63,384 bases of DNA, filler included, from Olpidium bornovanus S191 (GCA_017911155.1; 23 parts of 23 records of this genome joined end to end with filler, not necessarily neighbours in it), one strand, 5' to 3'. Shown: positions 1 to 12,928, numbered from the whole stretch's first letter. Notes: generated by a model not told the origin, from the letters alone. Numbers and translations: made by a program.

Positions 1-474
1 ATGGTGTGCGAGCCCGTGACCGAAAAGTACACAGCGCAAGTTACGGAACTTCTGGCGGCTCTGAAAGCTACCGAAGATAGCCTCAAGAGGCTGAAAAAGG
101 GCATCAGCCGGCAAAGCATGGCGAGGGGCGCGACAAATGGAGGAGAAGAAGGCCAAGGCGGAGGCACGGCCGCTCCGCTTAGTGACGAGGACAAGATTCG
201 GGCGCAACTTTGGCTGGACGCCGTTCAGTATGGGGAGGAGGTCTGTCTTCAGGAGATCGCATTAGAACGCGCTTCCCTCCCCCCCCCCCCCCTTCCTTCC
301 CGCTCTCCTTCCCAACGTCGACTTTTCTGGTGGTGCATTAGCGCGAACAGAACGGCGGTAACAAGTCCTCCTTTGCTCTTGCTACAGTTGGCTTCTGTCG
401 GTGTACAACCGGAAACTGTTGAACAGTACAAGCAGCATATGTCTGCTGTGGAGATGTACAGCAACATTCTGCAG
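1..474 (+). CDS. COG2: Conserved oligomeric Golgi complex subunit 2, C-terminal part (5'-partial; exons 1-240, 388-474)
   Basis: VTELLAALKATEDSLKRLKK...LSDEDKIRAQLWLDAVQYGEE matches the COG2 C-terminal SDxDKIRxQLxLD signature; GT at 241 and AG at 386-387 give an in-frame intron. Confidence 0.75.
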
Positions 475-1427
475 GTATTTCTCGGTCGTCTGCGTGGTTG
501 CATTAAAATTCCCTGGCGCATTGAAATTCTCTGGCGGCGGTGAACCATTTGCCTGCGTTCGTCCATTCCCAAACAGCCGGCGGAACCGACGTAGAAGGAA
601 CCGGAGCTTCGACGTAAACTGATGGCCACGGTTCCAAATACTCTCTCCACTTCGGCCGTCCGACGTACGCGTGCCGGTCAGTCTGGCGTGATGTATTTAT
701 TTTTTTCCCCCTATTCTTTTGGCGGCAATGGCTGCACGACCGGAAAAAAAGAATGGTGTCCGCAAAAGGATCCCGAGCGAGAAGATCTGGCATGGAAATC
801 GGCCGAAGCGAAGGTGGACCGTTAAGAACTTTAAATGGCTGATCCATAAGGACGACAGCGTACCCACCGGCGCATCGACCATGGAGGATCTCGTGAGCGG
901 TAGTACTAGAGCTCTGTTAACGGGCGGAGGCTCCAGCACAAGCTAGCGATTCTTTTACGGAAGTCCTACCTTCAATTCAAGCTCATTCGATCCTTAAGGT
1001 CTACCCTCCGCCAGCGGAGTGAATGGTTTTCAGTTGGCAGTGTTAATGGGCATGCCTTTTTGTGTTCTGGACGACGATCAAGCTGCTTTCTTTCCGTCTT
1101 TTTCGGTGAAAATGGTGAAGGAATTTCGTTGTTCTCTTCCTCTCGTTGGAGGCTTGGAGCGACTTTTGACTATGTGGGGCGCCGGTCGTTCCGGCTCTGG
1201 TCGCTGGGTGCTGGACGTCCAGCAAATGAAGACACGTGACTGCCCCTGTTCGCTGGGCCTTCCGTCAACGGCGGGTTTAGCTTCATCCCGCTGCTAAAAA
1301 GTCTCAGTACGGCGCTGACGGGCGTCGGCGGCTTCCCGCGCCGGCTGCCGGCATCGCGCTGCCGAGCGGATTGGCGCGTCCGCTCGCGCCTCCGGCTCTG
1401 GCTTCTCCTGCCAGGCGGCCGGGCGGG

Positions 1428-1455
<28 letters not shown>
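1428..1455. repeat. (GA)n microsatellite
   Basis: Perfect GA run upstream of VNX1. Confidence 0.9.
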
Positions 1456-1459
<4 letters not shown>

Positions 1460-1567
1460 ACAGAGAACCGCCAAGAGAGAAGGAGCTTGAAGATCGACCG
1501 GAAAAAAAAAAAAAAAAAAAAAAATAGAAAACATAACGCGTCGCCGTCGGTCGGCGAGCGCAAACGA

Positions 1568-3055
1568 ATGGACGAAGCCGCCGCGCCCGCGCACGCCGCC
1601 CGGCCGCGACCGCCGCCGGGCGCAGACGCCGAAAGGCCCACCGCCGGTCGGGCCGGTTCGCCGTCGGCGCCCGGCTCCTCCCACCGGTCGACCCCGGTTG
1701 CCACAGCGCGGGCTTCCAGCAGCCACGAGCGCAGGCGGAACCCGCTGGGAGCTCCCTGGGTCTGCGGCTCGCCGAAGCAGCCGATCCGGCGCGTCGCATC
1801 CGGAGACTTGCACGTCGCCGCCCGTGGCCGCCGCCGCCGCAGGCTGCGCCGCCAGGACCTCACGCCGCGGACCGAGAACGACTACGGCGGCGCCGTGGAC
1901 CTCGGCGGGCGGGATTTCCACAACGAGGACGAAACGGAAGCGACCGCGTTGGAAAGAGGCGGCGGCCGCGATCACCGCGAACACAGCGCGCAGTTCGACG
2001 CCGACGACGGGAACAGAAGCGGCAGCGACGGCGAATTTTCCATAAAGGGCAGGCAGGACGTAGGGTTTCGCGAAACCGGACGGCCCCTGGAGCGCGCTCT
2101 CCTTTGGTTCGCGGCGCGTCTGGTCGGGCGAAAGTGCTTCTTCCGCTCAACCCTTTTACCTGGCCCGTCCGCTTTTTGTGCGACTGCGACGCCGACGACT
2201 AGGAACTGAATTCGCGCCACCCATTTGGAGTGCGACTTTGGAAACCGGCTCTGTACAAGAAGAACCGCAGCATCAACCGCCTCACTGCCGAAGCAGTGCA
2301 TGCGTCGCCGAAGGAGCTGTCGGAACTATATCTTTTGCGACCGGGGAACGTCTTATACGCTTTGCTCGTTGGATGGTGGCTCGGCCTGGTTACGTTCGCC
2401 CTTGCCATCGTCCCGGCCTGCTTGCCACCGGGAAACCGCGTCGGAAAGCAGTACGCTCGCGTTCTCTTAGGGCTTGCTGGATACGTCTTCTGGCCGTTTG
2501 GCAAATACGTCGAGGAGGTTCTCCCGCCGCCGGCCGAGGGAAATGCCATCGAAGACCTTCTTGAGGTTGGCGGCGCGGCGAATACTTCCTGCGAGTACTC
2601 GTCATACCAAGGAGAGTCCGATGAAGAGCCTGGCCTTCCCTGCGAAAGTGAACAATCCCAACGGCTGCTGGGTGGCCGCGCTTCGCTCCGCGCAGACGGT
2701 GGATTCCCACAGGCTTTCTTTTTCGGCGACCGACAGTGCAAGCACCGACGTCTTGCTCGCCTACGTCGGCTTGAGTTGGCGGATATTGTCTTCTATCTAA
2801 TGCTGTATGCCGTCATTGGTAAGGGGCAATGTTCGAGGATAGATTTTTCTCGTGTTTTATAAGACCGGTTCTTTCTTTCTCTGTGGCTTACCTGTCCCCC
2901 TGATTCTGTTGCCGGCTGCGGTTGGTAAAACTAACATGCGATTTGCTTAACCGCAGGTCCCCTTTATTTGGCTGTGTCTGTCATATGTTTCTGGATGATT
3001 ATCACAATCCCAATCGCGAAGTTGATGCGAGATTTGATAACCCACCTCCACCGGG
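1568..3055 (+). CDS. VNX1: Vacuolar cation/H+ antiporter Vnx1/CAX family with YccF-like domain (3'-partial; exons 1568-2059, 2203-2818, 2957-3055)
   Basis: Splicing joins FSIKGRQD|ELNSRHPFGVRLWKPALYKKNRSI, a Vnx1 hallmark; GNVLYALLVGWW, YVFWPFGKYVE and GPLYLAVSVICFWMIITIPIAKL follow; all introns are GT-AG. Confidence 0.9.
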
Positions 3056-3155
3056 NNNNNNNNNNNNNNNNNNNNNNNNNNNNNNNNNNNNNNNNNNNNT
3101 TAATTAATTAANNNNNNNNNNNNNNNNNNNNNNNNNNNNNNNNNNNNNNNNNNNN
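3056..3155. other. Artificial 100-nt contig spacer (first of 22: others start at 8891, 10301, 11611, 12792, 16469, 19003, 20568, 22412, 27279, 29931, 32711, 34842, 41521, 45333, 47038, 48559, 52664, 54527, 56786, 60937, 62223)
   Basis: 44 N + TTAATTAATTAA + 44 N, identical at every gap. Confidence 0.98.
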
Positions 3156-3199
3156 CATGACAAAAAGAGTGTGCCAATGTGTGATTCCTCTGACCGCGA

Positions 3200-3253
3200 C
3201 TGTCCATCGCAGTCTGGCTGTCCATCGCAGTCTGGCTGCCCATCGCAGTCTGA
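3200..3253. repeat. 18-bp tandem repeat x3 (CTGTCCATCGCAGTCTGG)
   Basis: Three near-identical units just downstream of the kinase stop codon. Confidence 0.85.
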
Positions 3254-3265
3254 CTGTTCAAGTGG

Positions 3266-5370
3266 TCATTCGACCAGAGCGGACAGCTCCCGCGATACGT
3301 CGAGGTTAGGCAACGACACGAACACGTCCTGAAGAAATTCACACGGATAAAGCCTAGCTGAGCAAACCACGTCCCCGGCGAAATGGGAAAAATTCGCCGA
3401 AGCAACGCGTCGACGCTTACTGTGCCGTAGCCGTGGAGCGACACGAGGTTCATCGACCCTCCAAAATACCTGGCATAAATTCTGGCCAACGGCAGCCTGC
3501 AAATGTTGCAAACGCGATGCAAACCCACGGCGGAAAACGAATTGTAAACAGTCGAAAATTTTTGCAAAACGTAAAACGTAACAATTACGTCTGACAGTTC
3601 TTCCCCGCGCGCGTACCCAAACCCGAGCCCGGCGATTGGTCCGCCGACGCCCATCTGCATCGCCACCCGGGACTGGGACGTGAATATGCTGTCCAGCTCG
3701 TCAGACGCGGCACCGGTTCCCGCATTGTCGGAGACTGTGGTGTACGAGTAGTCCCATATTTTGGGCAGATCCGCGGACCTGACCCCTCCTCCTTCGTCTC
3801 GGATCCGCACAGAAACGTCGGAGTCGCCCTTGCTAATCGTGACCTGCACGCTGCGCGTTTTGACGCCGTGCAAAAACGAGGTTAGCGTGAAGAAATAAGA
3901 ATACCGGTGAAATCTCAATGGCCGGGGAAGAGGGGCGAGTGGGGACGCCAGAGGAAAGAAAAATGTACAAACGTGAAGATAATCGCGGGCTTAAAAGACG
4001 ATGCCGGCCGCGCACTCACGGCGGGTGCGGGAATCGGTTTGCCCGCGCGCTCTGCTCGACTGTGGCCCGATATGCGTTCTTCAGCAGCTCCGTCATCAAA
4101 TACTCGAGGTGCACAGGTATGTATGCGAAAGTCATGCGTTGGTCTCCGTCGATTAACAGCTCGGGCGCCGAACCGTAATGGACCTCGCACATCTCGCGCA
4201 CGATGTCGCCGCTGTCCCGGATTAGGACGGCGGGCTCTACTGCGGAATTCACCACCCCCACCATGTGCTCCGCGGTCTCTTGGTGCAGCGCCAGATGCTG
4301 CTCGGCGATCAGCCGGATCCCGATGCGCGCCCGGATCATGTCGTCCAGAAACGCTCCGATGTCGCGTTGCGACATGTACTTAGACACCTCTTTGAAACCT
4401 GGGATTTTTTTTTGTGGCGGCCAGGCAAACCGCTTGAGAAGTCAATATTCCCGCGCGCGCAAGCGCGCCTGCTCCTCACTTCCGTGACTGAACAGTAAGC
4501 TAAGCCGTTTATTTCTCAGTCAGGCTACCTTTCGCCAGTCGGGGAATGATGTCGGTGTGGGAGTCCACCAAGGTCGCCAGCAACTCCGTAAACTTCTCGT
4601 TTCCTTTCTCGTCACGGACTTCGGGAAAGAACTTCACTTTCTGGAAGGAATCATGGTACAGTTGGTATATCGACCGAACGTGAGGGTTCGTCCTGACAAG
4701 AAGGCCGTTCCGTAAATTGACAGGGATCGAGCGCGCGTGCATAAATGAAATGAACAGCACGGTGCACGGCGGCAAAAAAAACGAGCGAGACGGTGTTCGC
4801 CACGCCAAAAAAAAAAGGCACGAAGGAGATTTTTGCAACCGGCAGGAGTCGGGACACCCTGGCGGGGTCTTTTCTTACCCCACTATGAACGGCAGGCTCT
4901 GCAGGGCGCGCACTCTGCGCGCGAGCCGAACCGGCAACTCCGACTGGACATACCGCGCGCTCTCCACCAACTTCTCTGCCGTGAGCGGCGGTTTCCCGAA
5001 CCTCAGGAGCTCCTTGAGGGTTACGGCGTGAAGCGGCCGGCTGGCATACTGGGGTTGGCGCTCGTTTTGTCAAACCCGGCTTTCCCTCTACCGCGTTTCC
5101 GGGAATCGCAGAGGCCACCCCGCTCCCGCACACACAAGTAATAAAAACAGGCACACACACACACACACACCGGTGTCCGTTTGGCCCGCTCACCAAGGAG
5201 ATATCAGCATCGTAGAACCCGGAGGAGCTGACGCGGCGCTCGCTCGGGGATGCCAAAACCCGCTCCAGCCGGTGAAGCGAAAACGGCCGATTCTCGCTTC
5301 GCGGACCCCTGTCACCGGCACTGCGAACAAGCTTCCTCAGAGCCGGAGAGGAAGACGCTCGCCGCATCAT
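3266..5370 (-). CDS. Mitochondrial alpha-ketoacid dehydrogenase kinase (PDK/BCKDK, Pkp2-like), multi-exon
   Basis: Exons give FYDADISL|YASRPLHAVTLKELLRFG...ELPVRLARRVRALQSLPFIVG|TNPHVRSIYQLY, RARIGIRLIAEQHLAL, YIPVHLEYLMTELLKNAYRAT (N box), IRDEGGG (D box), IAGLGFG|LPLARIYARYFGG, SLHGYGT|DVFVSLP; Arg/Ser-rich presequence-like N-terminus. Confidence 0.9.
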
Positions 5371-6716
5371 TCCCCCCTCCTTGCCAGGTCGGTGCGGGGG
5401 AGTACGGACGAAAACGTCGCCCAAAGTTGCACCCCCGGTCGCCCCCCGTTTGGCGGACGCCCGCGCCCCGTCTCGGGGCAGCAGCAGGAAGATCCCGCGA
5501 GGGCAGCTCAACGAGCGGAGGAGCGGCAACAAGCTGGGAGCGGGGCGGCGCGGAGGGGGGGGGAGATGGGGAGGTGGGCGGAGGGCGGAGTGACGGGTCT
5601 GAGCTTTGATGCGCCGTAGGAAGCGGGGACGAAAAAAGGGGGAGGAGGAACGGGAGGAAAGAGGAAGGGGGGGAAGGGGGGGGGGTTGGGGGGGGCGCGA
5701 GCTCACCAACAGACTTTTTCCCGTCCGAGCCCGGCTCACCCTGTCTCGCCCGATTTGGAAAGCGCGAGTCTAAGAACCGGCGCGCCCGCGAGGGGGAGAA
5801 CAGGAGGGGGGGCGCCGTGGGTGACGAAACGAGAACGACGCGATGGCGTTCTCTTGTTTCCGGGCGCCAGTTTCCTCTTTTTTCCGGCCGGTTTTTGCGG
5901 GGAAGTGGGCGGGGTGGGGGGCGGGGGGAAGGGAGGTGGCGTTCGGGCGCGCCGACTTTCTAAACGAGGCCGCGCCCGGCGATCCGGGGGAGGGTCACGC
6001 GGTGCAACGCCGGCTGCCCCGCCTAACAACACCGGAAGTCCCCGCCGTATGCACCGCATAGCGTGTAAGCCGGAGAGCCGCGAAAACCCGCACCGCCGCA
6101 GAAGTCGAATAATGCGCGTGTGCTGTGTGCGAATTGCTGGGGGTGTTTGCCGGATGAGATGAAATCCCGCAGAGATTTCCCCGCTCTTAACATGGCCGGC
6201 GGCGGGGTTTCGGCCTCCGCCTCCGCGCGCGCTCGAAGCCTTCCGGCGCCTCGGGCCGACAAACATCCCCGGGCGGCTTCCGATTTCCGCGGAAAACCCC
6301 CAAAAGCGTACGGCCTTCCTAGGCCACCTCCCGCACCCCCAAATTCCCCACAGGGAAGTATTGCATCTATGAATGCGACGAAGTCGAATTGAAGGTCAAC
6401 CCGTTCGCGTTGCGGTTCCCGTGGTCACCGACCAGTTGAGCTCGTGTCAAGTTAGGACTGTTTGACACGCCGGTGGCACGCCCCCGCACGTTCCCTGGAA
6501 GTTCAGAATAAATATCACCTCCATTTTCCCTGCAACGTCATGTCAAAGAAAAGTTGCAGACGTAATTATTAGAAATGAAAAGCTAATAATACTATTAGGA
6601 GAAAGGACAAAATGCACTCTTTGGAACAGAATGCCCAAGCCAGGTACTTATATGTCTACGGTGCAAAAAAACATCGCAGTTTTGCTAATTTCAGATGTGT
6701 AAACTTCTTGTTTTAT

Positions 6717-8743
6717 CTAGTCCTCTTCATCAGCCATGCCGAGGTCCTTCAAGGTCTTGCCTTTCGTCTCCGGGACGCACGTGAAAACGAAGAACGTGCC
6801 CAGAGCCGCAAAAGCCAGGAAGGGCACGAAGACAAAATTGCCAAGTGGCTTCTCATACCTGATTGATTCGAGAAAGACAAAAACATTAATAAATAGCGGG
6901 GGGGTGTCGATTGCGCGTCCGACCGCTTTAAAAAAATTTACATCGGGAAGGTCATGACAACGACCCAGTTCGACATGTAATTCACAAAGTTCGCAAGGCC
7001 GGCGGCAACAGCGACTGCCTTGGTCGGGAAAAGCTAATAGCGGCAAATAGTTCCAAAGGCAATTTAGGTGGCGGTACACGGCACAAAACAAGATGCAGAG
7101 GGGAAAAAAGGACAATGCTTACCTCAGGAATGATTAAGAAAGGAATGGGGCCAAGGCCGACTGCAAAACATGCAACGAACAGGTTGATGCCCAAGACGAT
7201 CACAACAGGCAGGTCGCAAAGCATGCCGAAGAGCACCGTGGCGGTGAACAAAGTCATGCCGAGCAGACCGAAGCCCATGAGGGATCGGCGGCCGAACTTC
7301 TCAACGAGGACGACCGCCGGGAAGGTGGAGGCGAGGTTCACCAACGAGACTCCAAGGGTAAGAATACCCGAAATGTCCGGGTACGCCTTATCGAAAATGC
7401 TAGTCGAGTACATGATGATGCTGTTGATACCGGTGATCTGCTGGCAGAAGTGAATTCCGACTGCAATCAAAAGCATCTTGCGCAGGCGAGAGTCTCCCAC
7501 AACTTCCAAGAAGGACATCGGCGAGGACTTGCTCGAGGCGACAGGGGCCTTGACGTTCGCCACGTTCTTCTCGACGTCGGCTCCGTTTGCATGTGTTCCG
7601 AGGGCGGCCGAGCGCTCTGCGTCGCTCTTGAGCTGCGAGACGTCGGCCGAGTCGACGCTGTATCCCTGGGACTTGAGAATGTCCGCAAACTCGTACTCGA
7701 TGTTCCAAGCAAAACCTCGGAGCTTCTGAAGAGCGGCTTTGGCTTCCACGAGGCGGCCGTTCGACACAAGGTAGCGAGGGGCTTCGACGCAGAAGAACAT
7801 CAGAATGACCTGCAGTAAAGCAGGGATCACGACAATGGCAACGTTTATGCGCCAGCCAAGGCCACTCTCGCTGTTGGCTTCGGGGGTAGACAGAGGCACG
7901 CCGAAGCCTGCAGCAAGGAGGATACCAATCACGACATTGAGCTGAAGGCAAGTACCTATAGGACGTGTACTTCTGTTAGTTGCCGCGGCTGGTTTGGAAG
8001 AGCCGGCCAAAACACGAGACTTTACCGAGAGCACCACGGTATTTCTGAACCGCAATCTCGCTGACATACGTGGAAACGATAGACGTGGCCGCGCCACTGT
8101 GCACAAGCAGAAGGGCGAAAGGGATTTGTCAGTCTTCCGATTGAACGCGCACACCGTGAATAACGTTTTCCGCGGCTAAGGACGCGCCCTTACGTGGCGA
8201 CACCGGAAAGGAAGCGCCCGGCACCAAACTGAGCCGGGCCATTCGACAATGCCATAAGCACACCACCGATGATAAACAACAGGTTGTTAACCATGATGGC
8301 ATATTTCCGGCCGAGTTTCATGGCAAGCGGCGTGGAAGCAAGGGCCCCGATGAAACCGCCGATCGCGAGAGAACTGGCGACAAAGCCCCTGCGTCGCCGC
8401 GGAGGAATAAGTGGAGGATGGGCGCGGCCATAGGCGGTTAGAACACTGGTCGGCGCCAAGCGCAAACAGCCTTCGCGGAAACCGCCGCCCATGGGAGACT
8501 TCCGGCGTACCACATGCTATTCATGGCATCCTCGCCGTCCGTCTGGGGCCAGCAGGGAACGTATGTTTTGAGAGACGCATCGCGGTCTGCCTCCGGGATG
8601 CCCTTGCACAGGGAGATCACCTGCCGCGGAGTATTGAGGTTGCCGAGGTTGATGCCCGCGTTGAGTCCTCCGAGGCAAGCAGCGAAGGTGTGGAAGGCCA
8701 AGTAGGCCGAAAGGGGCTGCGTTCTCGAGTCACGGTTGGCCAT
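6717..8743 (-). CDS. MFS sugar porter (GLUT/hexose transporter family), complete multi-exon gene
   Basis: GGLNAGINLGNLN, LGRK, GRFLSGVA, YVSEIA..YRGALG, EAPRYL, QQITGINSIIMYS, VEKFGRR, GLGPIPFLIIPE and VPETKGKTL are sugar-porter motifs; several GT-AG introns were resolved. Confidence 0.92.
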
Positions 8744-8824
8744 TAAGTGGCTTATGCTTCCTTTTTTTTGGATTACTGCGGATTCGGTGGGACGCAGGAC
8801 CGGGTTCTGCGCGAAACGCGGGCT

Positions 8825-8856
<32 letters not shown>

Positions 8857-10215
8857 CTGGGGGGGGGGGGGGGGGGGGGGGGGAGAGGGGNNNNNNNNNN
8901 NNNNNNNNNNNNNNNNNNNNNNNNNNNNNNNNNNTTAATTAATTAANNNNNNNNNNNNNNNNNNNNNNNNNNNNNNNNNNNNNNNNNNNNAAGAGAACCA
9001 AGAGACACAGAAGCGAAAACAAAGAAGGAGAAGGAGAAAGGGAGGTGACGGAACGGGGAAGAATGAACCTCCGTTGTGCGCACCCCCGCGAATTTCCGTC
9101 GCTTGGTCATGTGCGGCGCTCACGTATTCTGGGACAAGTCGACTCTCCCCATGCACACGCACGGGCCGACACCATCGTGGCAAGACTAGAGTAGTTCCGC
9201 ATGAAGGCAAGAGCTGAGGGGGTTGAGAAACGTCCGGGTGCTTCGTCGGCAACCGAGAGCAAGAGCAGACTGCTGCCAACGCGTGGCGGTTTGCGCTCGC
9301 AGTAGCAAGCCAATTTTCAAAATTCCCAAGGGCGTTTTTCCAAACTCCTCAACGGTGACGACGTTGATAGGCATTTTTTGCTTTATGGTGTTCGAGTTGC
9401 GACGGTTTCGCAAGTTTTTTGCTTGTGAGTTGGAACTACTCAAATAAGCCGCCACAGTTCGCATGTCACGCGATACATGACAGGCTTTTAGTCCATTGGA
9501 ACAGAATTTCATTAAGACAGGGGGCCTGGGGTTCCTACAGTGTGGAATTCTTGCAATTCACCATTCTGTTCAAAGGCCTTATTATATTGGTTTTTTTTTC
9601 CCTTTTAAACTTTTCGTCACGGCAAAGTTCTGAAAACCGTGAAAAGGGCGTTTCCGGGAGAAACAGGTGCCGAAGAACGACGCGACAGGAGACTCGGCAG
9701 GCGGTCCATCTTTGGTGCATGGCGTTCCGAATCTTTGCCGCAGGGTGCGTGTTCGGTCTTTTAGGGGGGGCGCGGGGCGCGGGGGGGGTTGAGAGGGGCA
9801 AAACAATGCCCGCAGTACTCTCTCACACAGGGGCTCTCTCGCAAGGCGGCCTTGCGCAGTCGAGGGGGGGGGGGGGGGGGCTTTTTTGTTTTGGTTTTTC
9901 TTCTTGCGGCACGTGAGCGCGAACGCGGGAGACGCGCCGGGCCCGCATGACATCAAACCTGCGCACAGAAGAAACAGCCGCGCGGGGGAAACCCCCGTGC
10001 GACCCCACACCCACAGAAGGAACGGAAAAAAGCACAACCCCCACCCGGAAAGCTTGATTTGGTCTCGGGTCAGTGGTCTGCTTCTGGCCCCCCCCCCCCC
10101 CCCCCCCCCCTCCCTCCTCCTCCTCTCGGCTGCGTGTGCGGGTTTTCTGGTACTTCCATAACGCCGAAAGGTTCTGGGACATGTTTCTGAACCACCTTGC
10201 CCGTTGCCGCCATAG

Positions 10216-10284
10216 GATTTTGTTGTATCAATTGCGGTGATCCATCACCTGACGACGTCAGAAAGGCGAAAGGCCTCCATCAAG
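10216..10284 (+). CDS. TRM9: Single exon of a tRNA methyltransferase Trm9/ALKBH8-type protein
   Basis: AG|DFVVSIAVIHHLTTSERRKASIK|GT matches the Trm9 DFAISIAVIHHLST.ERR motif; other exons not located. Confidence 0.6.
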
Positions 10285-10400
10285 GTTGGCACCGCGGTTC
10301 NNNNNNNNNNNNNNNNNNNNNNNNNNNNNNNNNNNNNNNNNNNNTTAATTAATTAANNNNNNNNNNNNNNNNNNNNNNNNNNNNNNNNNNNNNNNNNNNN

Positions 10401-11022
10401 CATGCAATTCTCGCTGTCATTGTACACGTCGTAAGACTTGAGAATATTAGGATGGTTAAGGTCGGTTATAATCTTCACTTCTTTTAACAGCTGTGACCGC
10501 TCCTTCTCGGACATTAGCCTATAATTTATCTCCTTGCGGGCCAGGATCTACGGTCATTTACGCGTCAGCAACGCAGGCAACCGCCCGAGAAGTCACGTCG
10601 CAGATGGATGGACCACAAAAGTTATATACCAGCCCATCACTCTTCCTGCTAATCTTTCGGATGATCCCAAACGAGCCCTTGCCGATGATCTCGAGATCCT
10701 CAAACTGGCTCTTGAAATCGTTACTCTGCGCGCAAGCACCGGGAGGCGGCCGTTGCGCAAGTTCCCTGGCCGCGCAGCCGACAGGGTCTGTAGCCGTGCG
10801 CCGGACGGCCGGCTTTAAGGGCGCACCGAGAACGGGCTGCTGCTGGAGCATCCCGACCGTGGCGGCGTTCCGGCGCGCGGAAGGACCGAGGGGCCCGGTG
10901 CCCACATACGGCTTCACGGCTCTCGCCGGCTGTGGGCCCGGACGGCGGTTGGGGTTCGAGAACAGCGGCACAGGCAGGTACCGCAGGTGCGGTAGCGCAG
11001 GCGCAAAGGGGTCTTGTTGCAT
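10401..11022 (-). CDS. NIMA/Nek-family Ser/Thr kinase, N-terminal part (3'-truncated)
   Basis: FEDLEIIGKGSFGIIRKISRKSDGL|ILARKEINYRLMSEKERSQLLKEVKIITDLNHPNIL matches NimA/Nek2-like subdomains I-IV. Confidence 0.85.
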
Positions 11023-11567
11023 TTTAGAAGACGGTGAGACGAGCAGGGAGGACAGACGACGGCGGTCTTCCCTTATGCGGGCGTCGGCTCGCGTTTCGCG
11101 CCGCCGGCTGCGTACACCGCGGGAGAGGAGAGCGGAATATGAGATGGGAGGGAATGGGGGCGCCCCTCGCGCGTTCACCGGAGGGCCTGCCGAAGAGCAC
11201 ACGACGTGCTTGCGCGAAAAGGACGCGCGGGCGGCCGGGGGAAGGAGGGCAGTGGTGGGAGGGAGGGGGGAAGGTTGGTAATGGACCTGCCGGACGCGTC
11301 CGCAAGGCGTCTCCGGTGCGACGGGATCGGGGATGAGGGGAAAGGCGACTCTCGCCGGCAGCGGACAACGGCCTGGCGCCTCCCCTCGCGGATTTCTCCC
11401 ACCGCCGCTCCTCTCCGCGTCCTTGTCTTGTCCTCCTCTTTCTCCCTGAATCGGCGGGGGGAGGGGAAGGAGGTGACGGAGGGCGGAGAGCGAAGAAAAA
11501 AAAAAATCCTTCTGCTCTGTCGACGGGGAGGCGGGAAGAAGGGGGAAGGAAGAGGGGCGTGTGGCCT

Positions 11568-11604
<37 letters not shown>

Positions 11605-11710
11605 CCCCCCNNNNNNNNNNNNNNNNNNNNNNNNNNNNNNNNNNNNNNNNNNNNTTAATTAATTAANNNNNNNNNNNNNNNNNNNNNNNNNNNNNNNNNN
11701 NNNNNNNNNN

Positions 11711-12300
11711 CCGAGTTTGTCGCCGGGTCGGCAGCGGCACAGGAGGTCAAATGGCTTCGCTCCCTCCTCAAGGCAATTGATCCGCAGGTGGTGGTCGGGC
11801 CCACCAGGCTGATGATAGACAACACCGGTGCGGCTGAGTTGGCGTCAGACCACAAGATATCCAAAAGGTGCAAACACATAGACATTCGCTTTCACCACCT
11901 CCGCTGGTGCACGGCGAAAGGGAGCATCAGGATCTGCCGCGTTGGAACGGCCGAAAACCCGGCTGATATCTTCACCAAACCATTGGACCGTGGGAAGTTT
12001 GCAAAATTCCGCGATCAAATTGGCATGCGGGCAAGCATTGGGTGAATCACCTCTGGAAGCGCAAACGAGAAACCGCCCCAAGATTACGGTACCAAAGGCA
12101 CTTTGGGGCGATTTATAGAATTTATAGATGACCATGGGCGATAGCGTGCCCAGTGAGGCGGGGGGTTGGAAAGGGGGAGGCATAATAAAGGGGCACTGCG
12201 CACTCTCCGCCCCTGGACCGTAGTTCCCCTTTCCCGTACACATATAGAGTAAACAAAGGCGGCGGAAAATGCAGCCGGGTAGAGCTCCTCCGGACCCCGA
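11711..12300 (+). mobile_element. Ty1/copia retrotransposon 3' end: RNase H (11711-12045), PPT (12155-12163) and probable start of 3' LTR
   Basis: EFVAGSAAAQEVKWLR...IDNTGAAELA...KRCKHIDIRFHHLR...TAENPADIFTKPL is copia RNase H; GAGGCGGGG followed by GGTTGGAAA mirrors the related copy at 53528-54430; right boundary uncertain. Confidence 0.85.
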
Positions 12301-12526
12301 AAAACCGTCTACGTTCTTCAGGGGTTAGTTTCTTCCCCCTCTTTTTTTTAATTTTTTTTTTTTTTTTCTTCTGTCTTTTTCGTTCTCTGATTTTCCTCTT
12401 CGTTCTTCGGTGTGTGTGTGTTGTGTGTTTGCCGCCCTCTCTCTCAATCTCTCCCTCCCCAACCCCATTCCGCCGCACTCCTCCTCCCCCCGCCCAGACG
12501 CGCGCGCGAGCGCAGCGCTCCTCCTC

Positions 12527-12527
<1 letters not shown>

Positions 12528-12558
<31 letters not shown>

Positions 12559-12697
12559 CTCCCGCCCCCTCCTCCTCCTCCTCCTCCTCCTCCGGTTCCC
12601 GCCCGGCGCGCGTTCCCCCTCCTCCTTCTCCTCCTCTCCGCGAGCGAGAGACGGGGATCATCGCACCCCGGCGACCCCGCGCTCCTCCCGCCTCACC

Positions 12698-12782
<85 letters not shown>

Positions 12783-12791
12783 ACCCCACCC
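12528..12791. repeat. (GCC)n, (CCT)n and long poly-C low-complexity tract ending at a gap
   Basis: Direct inspection. Confidence 0.9.
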
Positions 12792-12891
12792 NNNNNNNNN
12801 NNNNNNNNNNNNNNNNNNNNNNNNNNNNNNNNNNNTTAATTAATTAANNNNNNNNNNNNNNNNNNNNNNNNNNNNNNNNNNNNNNNNNNNN

Positions 12892-12926
<35 letters not shown>

Positions 12927-12928
<2 letters not shown>

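Noticed and set aside
503-1300. Overlapping short ORFs between COG2 and VNX1
   Set aside because: No recognisable homology in any frame.
9186-9600. Possible exons on either strand (a Csc1/TMEM63-like hydrophobic stretch on plus, a coding-looking frame on minus)
   Set aside because: No convincing family motif or consistent splice model.
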